Assembly: GCF_020745735.1 (NCBI RefSeq)
Contig: NC_083419.1
Coordinates: 70,944,096-71,008,095 of the forward strand
Reading direction: 5' to 3'
Length of the DNA stretch: 64,000 nt
Source: Hemiscyllium ocellatum
Taxonomy: Eukaryota
In this document: positions 52,150-62,700 of the stretch, in pieces
Layout of the letters: each line of letters begins with the position of its first letter
How positions within the stretch are numbered: the first letter of the stretch is position 1
Program-made: the position numbers and the translations under genes
The notes under the pieces: generated by a model
Databases searched by the model: none
The model's input: the letters and a program-made list of their open reading frames with translations, nothing else
What the model was told of the DNA's origin: nothing

Positions 52150-53230
52150 TCCCACCCACATTGACAAACCCTACCCTGTTACTCACCCATTCATGCCCGG
52201 AGTACACTACCTCTATCACAAGAAACACATCCAAGGCAATCCATATTAGTCATGCAGATGAGCAGAGAGATCCTGGTGTCCATGTACATAGATCCCAAAA
52301 AATTGCCAGTCAGGTTGATAGGGTTGTTAAGAAGGCATACCTTGAGTTGGCTTTCATCGGTAGAAGGACTGAGTTTCAAAACCATGAGGTCATGCTGCAG
52401 CTGTACAAAACTCTGGTGTGGCTGCAGTTGGAGTCTTGAGTACACTTCTGGTCACCACATTATAGGAAGGATGTGGAAGCTTTGGAAAGAGTTCAGAGGA
52501 GGTTTACCAGGATGTTGCCCGGTATGGCGGGAAGGTCTTATGAGGAAAAGATGAGGGACTTGAGGCTGTTTTTGTTTGAGAGGTGACTTTTTTAAGACAT
52601 ATAAGATAATCAGAGGGTGAGATGGGGTGGACAGTGAGGCTCTTTTTCCTTGGATGGTGATGGCTCGCAAGACAGGACATAACTTTAAATTGAGGGCTGA
52701 TAGATAGAGGACAGATGTCAGAGGTTGTTTCTTTACTCAGAGTAGTAGGGATGTGGAATGCAACAATAGTATCCTCGCCAACTTTAAGGGCATTTAAAAT
52801 GTCATTGGATAAACATATGGATGAAAATGGAATAGTGCAGGATCGATTGGCTTCAGATTGGTTCCACAGGTCAGCACAACATCGAGGGCCGAAGGGCCTA
52901 TACTGCACTGTTACATTCTATGTTCTATAATCCAGGTGGACATATAGTCACAATTCCTTTCTCTCAATTCCACTCCTGCCACCCTGCACCTGGTCCATGG
53001 TGAATCTGGCCCTTACTAGACCTGGCACCATCATTTTCACAACTTCTGACAGAGCCCCACTCCCCCAGACATGACCTCAGTCCTTGCTCACTGACATCTC
53101 ATCTTACCCAAGTCAACCTGTGCACTTTGCATCCGAGCTCCTTTCGCATCTGTCCCTTACCACCTGCCATTTTGCCAGAATCTGAGCTTTGCATTTTGAA
53201 ATCATGTCCAACTGCTACTTCAATGCTAAT
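52150..53230 (+). mobile_element. CR1 3' end (52245-52930) embedded in decayed PLE fragments
   Basis: VMLQLYKTLV..GRMWKLWK region and ttctatg tail; flanks resemble PLE RT. Confidence 0.75.
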
Positions 53231-54610
53231 CACTGGGCCACTGGGCCGCCCGACTTGAGCTCTGAAGGAAACTGGAGCGGTTGACTGTCACCAACCATGT
53301 AAACAGTGTGATAACAAAGTAGAAACCAGAAACAGTTTCCCAAATAAAACAAATTTAATGTAACCCAAGCACATTTCCTCCTCAACAGAACAAAGATCAC
53401 CAAATCCCAACACTGAGGAACACCGATGTGTTTGCAGCAGAACTGGCTCTGCAAACATTTTCAACAGAACCAAGAACATGATGTAACCTCACAAAAAAAA
53501 TCCCACATTGAAATCTAACAAAACCGCTCAGTATCACACAAACTAATGATTAAATTGAATAGAAATAAGAAGTCATAACAGCAGCCTTGTTTGTGAGGGA
53601 ACTTACATAACAACACGTAAAACTTTAATGTTTCCAGCAACAATTCAATTTATTTCCAACCTGTACACCTTTTCTGATCATGACAATCTTGTGCAGTGCA
53701 CAGTAGAGCAGTTGAAGGCATATATTGATTAATCACTTTAAGGTCAAAACAAAATTAGTTCAATGGACAAACATTACCACATTATAATTGTGTGTTATAG
53801 TAAGTTTAGTTTCAATTATATAATCTGATCAATTCTGCAGTTTCAGATCTGAGTCCCAAATTTTATTTTGAATGAGGCTACTCAAAACAAATTTTTACTT
53901 AGTTTACAACCAGAACTGAGATTTAAAAAATGCGTCAATGCACTAAAATGTTTTTTCCATTTCTCACACTTTCGTGTTTCTGCCTTAAGTTGGTTTTCAG
54001 ACAGTTACAAACAGATGTAATGTTTTCATTCAAGCAGAGAAAAAATTGCCTTACGAGTTTAACAAATGCAGAATTGATTCAGGAAAAACAAAGAACTTCA
54101 CAAATATTGGTATTTAAAAGTAATCCAGACAGACCACCTCCTCACCAGAAAAAAAACAATTACTGAAAGCGTGAAAACGCAGATCAATTCCACAAACTGA
54201 ATACGAATCCAATCAACTCAATGCAACAGAATCAAGGAAAATAAAATCAGAATGGAATCAACTCAGAGCAATAGATTTAAATGAATGATAATCAGAATCC
54301 AACCAATTCGATTCAACAGAATCAAATAAAACAAACTCAGAATTTAATCAGCAGAATGAAATATAGCACCGCAAGAAACTTTTATGACAGTTTCTAACCT
54401 GCTTGTCATCAACAAGATTAACAAAATAAACAACAAAATATAATCATGGCAAGAACATTATGTATACAGGGAATATATTCAAGAAATTAATAATGATATT
54501 TTAGCATATTTTAATCATGTTTGCTAATATTTCAAACATCTTTAAATTATTATCATTTGTTGTCGATAATAAAACTCACAGTCCAGGGTGTCACTGATAT
54601 TAAACCTTAT

Positions 54611-54915
54611 TCAAGGTTTGTGCGAAGATTTGTAGCTCGGGTGCTCGTTGTTGTGGCACTGTTCGCCGAGCTGGAAGTTTTTGTTGCAAACGTTTCGTCC
54701 CCTGGCTAGGCGACATCATCAGTGCTCTGGAGCCTCCTGCAAAGCGCTTCTTTGATGTTTCTTCCGGTATTTATAGTGGCCTGTCCTTGCCGCTTCCGGG
54801 TGTCAAACATCAAAGAAGCGCTTTGCAGGAGGCTCCAGAGCACTGATGATGTCGCCTAGCCAGGGGACGAAACGTTTGCAACAAAAACTTCCAGCTCGGC
54901 GAACAGAACCTCAAC
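54611..54915. mobile_element. 305-bp hairpin insertion (perfect 102-bp inverted repeat) with a 12-bp TSD and hammerhead-like cores
   Basis: Arms 54659-54760 and 54805-54906, 44-nt loop. TSD attaaaccttat at 54599-54610 and 54916-54927. CTGATGA at 54843 and GAAAC at 54869. Confidence 0.92.
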
Positions 54916-55204
54916 ATTAAACCTTATCTATATCTTCCTGATTAAGAGACTTTAGGTGTTTCAAGTAACACAGCCACACAGAATATTCATCTGATAAAAC
55001 AAGAGATAAACCGAACAACTGACTCCATCATCACCATTTTAGCTATTTGCTGAGCCTTAATTGAAGCCTATAATCAGTTTTAACAAAAATTAATCCGAAC
55101 CAAATCAAACTCAGCACGGAATCTGAGTTTTATTTAATTCAGGAATTATTCACATGAATAGAACATTACGAGAAAAAGTCATTAAGAAAGTTCAAGGTCC
55201 TCAC

Positions 55205-55252
55205 CTGAAGTCACCGTCTCCACGGTCCCTTGGCCCCAGTCAGCAGGATAGT
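55205..55252 (-). CDS. IGHJ: IgH J segment (YPADWGQGTVETVTS)
   Basis: WGQGT motif, gtgag donor at 55204, upstream RSS. Confidence 0.92.
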
Positions 55253-55291
55253 CACAGTGTTACATTCTCTGGGCTAGGTCTCACATTAACT
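55253..55291 (-). promoter_or_regulatory. 23-bp-spacer recombination signal 5' of J
   Basis: Perfect heptamer CACAGTG (55253-55259 on plus), 23-nt spacer, degenerate nonamer ACATTAACT. Confidence 0.8.
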
Positions 55292-55523
55292 GGGTCTGCA
55301 AAAAAACAAACACAAAACTGACATTATTTCAAATATTCTGAACCACAGGCAAAATAAAGTCACGCTAAATCTTCATCACAGTATAATTGTCTCAATAATT
55401 ATCACCACTTTTACAAATTAAACAGTGATATTTGCATAAAACCCACAGAACTAATACTGCATTGCAAGTTTAGATGGTTTGTAGGAGTAATCACTGACTA
55501 GTTTCAAACAATGGGGGCTGAAA

Positions 55524-55552
55524 GGTTTTTTTTATTGATCATAATTGCAGTG
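55524..55552 (-). promoter_or_regulatory. 12-bp-spacer recombination signal 3' of the joined D
   Basis: Minus strand CACTGCA, then ATTATGATCAAT (12 nt), then AAAAAAAACC. Confidence 0.75.
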
Positions 55553-55858
55553 CCACCCCAATACCCACTTCTCTTGCACAGTAATAGATGGCGGTGTCTT
55601 CGATCTTCAGGTTACTCATGTCCAACGCTATAATGTTGTTTGAAGTAAATCGCCCCTTAATCGCTGGTGCATAATTATTGCAGGATGAACTATAGTAGTA
55701 CAGCAGCCCCTCCAGACCCTGTCTGGGAATCTGTCACACCCAGTGCATGGAGCTGCTGCCAAGATTGAAGCCGCTGGTTTTACAGGTCAGTCTCAGGCTG
55801 CCTCCGGGATGGCCAGTCTCTGCCTCTGGCTGAGTCAAAACAACCTCCGACTGGACAC
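55553..55858 (-). pseudogene. IGHV: IgM VH exon joined in the germline to D-D sequence; in-frame TGA at 55734-55736
   Basis: [94 protein letters not shown], followed by GAAGTGGGTATTGGGGTGG and no 23-RSS. Confidence 0.93.
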
Positions 55859-55990
55859 CTTTAACAAGAAAACAAATAAACCTTGAGCATTAACGCTGAT
55901 AAAATTATGGCTGTGTCTTTTAGATTCCTGGGGTAGACTAACATTGAGACAGACAGTAACAAAGGGAGATAGGAACAAAAAAACACTCAC

Positions 55991-56036
55991 ATGATCAGAA
56001 AGTCAGTAAAAACCTTAGAAAAATTGTCGACACTTG
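55991..56036 (-). pseudogene. IGHV: VH leader exon, defective (no in-frame ATG, internal TGA)
   Basis: xSTIFLRFLLTF*S|gtgagt, with the donor at 55990. Confidence 0.8.
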
Positions 56037-56110
56037 TGGGAAACGGTTCTGTCAAGATCTTTCTAAACAAAGCCGATCCAGGAGTGCTGAACTACGGTCC
56101 AGTGCCCCGG

Positions 56111-56117
56111 ATTTATA
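56111..56117 (-). promoter_or_regulatory. TATA box of the VH promoter
   Basis: TATAAAT about 75 bp upstream of the leader. Confidence 0.6.
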
Positions 56118-56517
56118 TGACCATCAGAAAGAGCAGGTTCACACCTTCCGCCTGTTGGTGTCCTGCTGGAGGCTGAGACCAGATCCTGGTATCAGCTTGT
56201 ACAGTCCGAACACATGGGCTCATGAGGTTATGCTTAAACACAGGCATATACACATCTTGGGATATGTGTTTTGCTGAATTGCTTCTTTGGAAGTTTTTTT
56301 TAATGGTGCAAGTAAAATTGAGCAGCTTCAGGTCTGTTTCAGGTGATTGTTGCAAATACTTTGTTTAAAAAAACAAATCAAATTCAATGGGAAGTGTAAG
56401 GTATCGGGTTAAAACTGTGCAGAATAAGGGAACAGGTGTTGCTTCTGCAAAAGCTTACATTATACAATTAGGCTGTGCATGCAAATACTAAACAGTGAGA
56501 AGTGAAAACAGGTAGAA

Positions 56518-56717
56518 NNNNNNNNNNNNNNNNNNNNNNNNNNNNNNNNNNNNNNNNNNNNNNNNNNNNNNNNNNNNNNNNNNNNNNNNNNNNNNNNNNN
56601 NNNNNNNNNNNNNNNNNNNNNNNNNNNNNNNNNNNNNNNNNNNNNNNNNNNNNNNNNNNNNNNNNNNNNNNNNNNNNNNNNNNNNNNNNNNNNNNNNNNN
56701 NNNNNNNNNNNNNNNNN
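56518..56717. other. Assembly gap (200 N)
   Basis: Run of N. Confidence 1.
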
Positions 56718-57760
56718 CATCATGTCTCAGCCTTCTCCTCTTGAATGAAAAGAGCCTCAACTTTATCAAAATGGGTAGCAACTTTCAGGGATCTATGTAG
56801 CTGGACGCTGAGATCTCTCTGCTTATCTACACTATCAAGAATCTGACCATTAGCTCAGTACTCTATATTCCTGTTCTTCCTTCTAAAGTGAATCACCTCA
56901 CACTTTTCCACATTAGCCCAGCTCTGCAGCTTATCTATGTCCCTCTGTAGACTGCAACATCCTTCAACACTATCCACAACTCCACCGGCCTTATTGTCAT
57001 CCACAAATGTACTAACCCATCCTTCTACACCCTCATCTAGGTCATTTATAAAAATGACAAACAGCAGTGGACCCAAAACAAATCCTTGTGATACACTACT
57101 AGTAACAAACTCCAGGGTGAACATTTCCCATCAGCCATCACCCTCTGTCTCCTTTCAACGAGCCAACTTCTGATCCAAACTGCTGAAACACCCTCAATCC
57201 CATGCCTCTGTATTTTAGCGACTCTTGGATAGGCACATAGAGGAGAGAACAATAGAACCAGATAAATGGTCGGCACAACATCGAAGGATGAAGGGCCTGT
57301 ACTATGCTGTATTATAGTATGTTCTATGTTAACATCACGTGTTTAATCCCCACACTGGCTGAGATCATCATGAAGGTCCTACCTTCCCAACCTCACTGTT
57401 CCCCTGAGGCACGGTGACCCTCAGGTTAAACTCACGGCCAGTTGTTTCTCACTAATCAGAGAGCAACCCTATGGTACACTGGGACTATGGCGACTTTACT
57501 GAAGGAATATATACCCAAGTCAGGATGGTGAGTGGCTTGGAAGGGAACATGCAGGTCATGGTGTTCTCATACATCGACTGCCTTTGTCTTTAGGAAGGTA
57601 GTGGTCATAGGTGTTGGCAAGTCTGCTACTGTTGCAGGCAGTGTGTTCCATGCCCAGACTACTCTCTGAGTAAGGAAACTACCTCTGACAGTAAAGCTCT
57701 GTCCCCTCGAACCAGCCATCTCCATCCAAGGAAAAAGGCTCTCATTGTCCACCCTAGAGG
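56718..57760 (-). mobile_element. CR1 fragments plus a probable Deu-domain SINE 3' piece (about 57331-57500, plus)
   Basis: [20 protein letters not shown] and FVDD. The segment gtgaccctcaggttaaac...ctgggactatggcgacttt resembles shark DeuSINE (from memory). Confidence 0.7.
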
Positions 57761-57765
57761 TAGAC

Positions 57766-59745
57766 AGATCGGCCAAACAAATGAGAGTGTCAGTGGAAGG
57801 GTACTGTTGGGGACGTCGGGAAAGGAAGACACAGAGGGCTTGGAGGCCCTAGTCATGGCGGATGGAGGTGTAGAGAGATTGGATATCCATGGTGAAGATG
57901 AGGCGTTGGGGGCCGGGGAAACGGACGTCTTGGAGGAGGTGGAGGGCGTGGGTGGTGTCTCGAATATATGTGGGGAGTTCCTGGACTAAGGGGGATAGGA
58001 CAGTATTGAGGTAGGTAGAAATGAATTCAGTGGGGCAGGAGCTTGCTGAGACAATGAGTGAGCCAGGGTGGTCAGGCTTGTGGATCTTGGGAAAGAGGTA
58101 GAACCAGGCAGTGCGGGATTCCCACTATGAGGTTAGCGAGTGTGGAGAGGAGATCCTGAGCAGATGAGGTTCTGATGGTCTGAAGATTCGTTGGCCGAAC
58201 CCCAACCCTTATTTCTCCTTCGAATCCTCCCACTTCCTCCAGACCAAAGGGGTAGCCATGGGAACCCGTATGGGCCCCAGCTATGCCTGTCTCTTTGTTG
58301 CTACGTAGAACAGTCAATCTTCTGTAATTACACCAGCACCACTCCCCAACTCTTCCTCCGCTACATTGATGACTGCATTGGCGCCTCCTCGTGCTCTTGC
58401 AAGGAGGTTGAGCAATTCATCAACTTCACCAACACATTCCACCCTGACCTTAAATTTGCCTGGACCATCTCTGACACCTCCCTCCCCTTCCTGGACCTCT
58501 CCATCTCCATTAATGATGACCGACTTGATACCGACATTTTTTACCAACCCACCGACTCCCACAGCTACCTGGATTACACCTCTTCCCACCCTAACTCCTG
58601 CAAAAATGCCATCCTGTATTCCCAATTCCTCCGCCTCCGCTGTATCTGCTCCCAGGAGGACCAGTTCCACCTCAGAACACACCAGATGGCTTCCTTCTTT
58701 AGAGATCGCAATTTCCCTTCCCACATGGTTAAAGATGCCCTCCAACGCATCTCATCCACACTCGCACCTTTACCCTCAGACCCCACCCCTCCAACATTAA
58801 CAAGGACAGAATGCCCCTGGTGCTCACCTTCCACCCCACCAACCTTCGCATAAACCAAATCATCCGCCGACATTTCCGCCACCTCCAAACGGACCCCACC
58901 ACCAGGGATATATTTCCCCCCAACCCCTTTTCGCCTTCCACAAAGACCGTTCCCTCTGTGACGACCTAGTCAGGTCCACGCCCCCTTCAACCCACCCTCC
59001 CATCCTGGCACCTTCCCCTGCCACCGCAGGAATTGCAAAACCTGCGCCCACACCTCCTCCCTCACCTCCATCCAAGGCCCTAAAGGAGCCTTCCACATCC
59101 ATCAAAGATTTACCTGCACATCCACCAGTATCATTTATTTATCTCTTGCTCCCGATGCAGTCTTCTCTACATTGGGGAGACTGGACGCCTCCTAGCAGAG
59201 CGCTTTAGGGAACATCTCCGGGACACCCGCACCAATCAACAACACCGCACTGTGGCCCAACATTTCAACTCCCCCTCCCACTCTGCCAAGGACTTGGAGG
59301 TCCTGGGCCTCCTTCACAGCCGCTCCTCCACCACCAGATGCCTGGAGGAAGAACGCCTCATCTCCCACCTCAGAACACTTCAGCCATTTCCTCATTTCCC
59401 CTTCCCTCACCTCACCCTAGTTCCAAACTTCCAGCTCAGCACTATCCCCATGACTTGTCCTGACTTGTCCTACCTGCCTATCTCCTTTTCCACTTATCCA
59501 CTCCACCTCTCTCCCCCCGACCTATCACCTTCATCCCCTCCCCCACTCACCTATTGTACTCTATGCTACTTTCTCCCCCCCCCCCACCCTCCTCTCACGT
59601 ATTTCTCCACCCTTCAGGGTCTCTGCCTGTATTCCTGATGAAGGACTTTTGCCCAAAACGTCAATTTCGCTTCACTTTGGATGCTGCCTGAACTGCTTTG
59701 CTCTTCCAGCACCACTAATCCAGAATCAGGTTTCCAGCATCTGCA
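57766..59745 (+). mobile_element. Penelope-like element with a 5' inversion (57766-58182 minus; 58186-59745 plus)
   Basis: RT motifs GVAMGTRMGPSYA and FLRYIDD on plus; the upstream RT part lies on minus; pLTR at about 59630-59745. Confidence 0.9.
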
Positions 59746-62700
59746 GGCATTTTTTTTACCTAAGGGTTTTGTGGTCAACATTACTGACATAATTGCACAT
59801 GTTTATTAAATTGAAGTTTTGACACCTGTCATTGATACGATTCACCCCGGATCCAGGATAATAGTTGGGAAGTATCTGAATATGAGCCAGTTTGATGGCT
59901 GGCCTCCTGGTTGATTCAGAAGCCAACTTGACATTTCTGTACCAATATTAAAATAGAGGTTTAAGATTTATTATTTAATCATTGAGTATAATGTTATTTT
60001 GTCTCTATTTGATTCCAAGAAAATCGGAACACAGACAGACTGAGTGAGGGCTGTCAACTCCATGAACTTGAATCCTATCTGAACGATTGTGAGATCACCC
60101 AATCCGATCCTGATTGAGATAGATTCGTGACTTCGCTTAGTACATTGTTTAAAGGAAATATAGATGAGCAGAGTAAATTGTTTTCCCACGCAAAAGAAAG
60201 TATCACATAGAAAAGCAGAAACATTATTTACATGTGTGTGATGTTTATCTTGAGTGTGTGTGTGTGTGTTTGTGTGTGTGTGTGAGAGAGAGACAGACAG
60301 ACAGACAGAGAGAGAAGGGGAGAGGGAGAGAGAGATATAGAATCATAGAGATGTACAACACAGAAACAGTCCCTTTGGTCCAACTCATCCAGATATCCTC
60401 AGTTAATCCCATCCCATTTGCCAGCACTTGGCCCACACTAAACCCTTATTGTTTGTATACCCATCTGATGCCTTTTAAATGTTGCAATTGTACCAGCCTC
60501 CACCACTTCCTCTGTTAGCTCATTCCATACACGCACCACTCTCTGCATGAACAAGTTACCCCTTAGGTCCCTTTTAAATTTCTCCATGTTCATGCCCCTC
60601 ATGATTTTATAAATCTCTATAAAGTCACCCCTCAGCCCCCGATGCTCCAGGGAAAACAGCCCCAGCCTATTCAGCCTCTCCCTACAGCTCAAATCTTCCA
60701 ACCTTGGCAACATCCTTGTAAATCTTTTCTGAACCCTTTCAAATTTTACAACATCCTTCTGATAGGAGGGAGACCAGATTTGCATACAGTATTCCAAAAG
60801 TGGCCTAATCAATGTCCTGTACAGATGTAACATGACCTATCAACTATTATAGTCAATGCACTAACCAATAAAGGAATGTATACCAAACACCTTCTTCACT
60901 CTCCTAGCTGCCGGCGACTTTCGAGGAACTATGAATCTGCGCTCCAAGGTCTCTTTGTTCAGCAACAAACCCATTAGTGTATAACTCATGCTCTGATTTG
61001 CCTTTCCAAAACATAGCACCTCACATTTATCTAAATTAAACTCTATCTGCCACTCCTTGGCCTGTTGACCCATCTGAACAAGATCCTGTATACTCTGAGG
61101 TAACCTCCAATTTTGGTGTCATCTGCAAACTTACGAACTACATCAGCTATTTTCTTATCCAAACCATTTATGGAAATGATGAAAAGCAATGGAACCAACA
61201 CTGATCCTTGTGGCACACCATGGATGACAGGCCTCCAGTCTGAAAAGCAACCCTCCATCACCAACCTCTGTCCGCTAGCTTTGAGCCAGTTCTGCATCCA
61301 AATAGTTAGTTCTCCCTGCATTCCATGGTATCTAATCTTGCTAATCAGTCCACATGAAGACCCTTGTTGAATGCCTCACTGAAGTTCATGTAGATCACGG
61401 CCACTGCTCTGCCCTCATCAATCCTCTTCACACTCACAGAGTCATGCCGGCTATCGCTAAACAGTCCTTGCCTTCACACGCTCAATGGCTTCCGCCACCC
61501 CTACTGCTGTGGTCACCATCACTTCCGCCCCCACCAGCGCCAGTCACCTACATTCTGCTGACATGCCCCCCACAGACCCCACTGTCACTATCCCCACCCC
61601 CCAGAACCCCAAGGGGAACACTACCCCTGCTCATGACTCCGCCCCCACTCCCAGTTCCACATCCACACCAGATCCCAGCTCCCAGCCCTGCCGAGTTTTC
61701 ACCATCCCTCCAGACCTTCCCCTCACTGAGGACGAATGATCAGTCCTAAGCAAAGGACTCACCTTCATCATCCTCCACCCACGCATCAATGAATTTAATA
61801 CACGCCGTGACGTCGAACAATTCTTCCGTCGTCTCTGCCTCTGAGCTTACTTTCACAATTAGGTCTCCCGCCCACCTTCCGAGGACCCCTTCGCCCACCT
61901 CCAACACACTGCATCCACCTGGACACCCCATGCTGGCCTATTACCCGCCCTCGACATCTTCATTTCCAACTGCCGCTGGGACATTAACCGCCTCAATCTG
62001 TCTACCCCCCTCCCCCACTCCAACCTCTCACCCCCACAACGCACAACCCTCCAATCCCTCTGCTCCAATTCCAACCTCATCATTAAGCCAGCGGATAAAG
62101 GGGGCGCAGTGGTAGTCTGGCGCACTGGCCTCTACAATGCTGAAGCCAAATGCCAACTCGAGGAACCTCTTCCTACTGCCCCCTCGACCATGACCCCACC
62201 CCCCATCACCAAAACCATCATCTCCTAGATCATACAGAACCTCATCACTTACTTCTCTCCAAGGCCCCAAGAGATCCTTCCACATCCACCACAAATTAAT
62301 CTGCACCTCCACACACATCATATATTGCATCCGTTGCACCCGATGTGGCCTCCTGTATATTGGGGAGACAGGCCGCCTACTTGCGTAACGTTTCAGAGAA
62401 CACCTCTGGGACACTCGGACCAACCAACCCAACCACCCCATGGCTCAACACTTTAACTCCCCCTCCCACTCCACCAAGGACATGCAGGTCCTTGGACTCC
62501 TCTATCGCCAGACCATAACAACATGACAGTTGGAGGAAGAGAGCCTCATCTTCCGCCTGGGAACCCTCCAACCACAAGGGATGAACTCAGATTTCTCCAG
62601 TTTCCTCATTTCACCTCCCCCACCTTGTCTCAGTTGAATCCCTCGAACTCAGCACCGCCTTCCTAACGTGCAATCTTCTTCCTGACTCTCCACTCCCACC

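Noticed and set aside
56460-56781. ORFs spanning poly-X
   Set aside because: Artefacts of the N gap.
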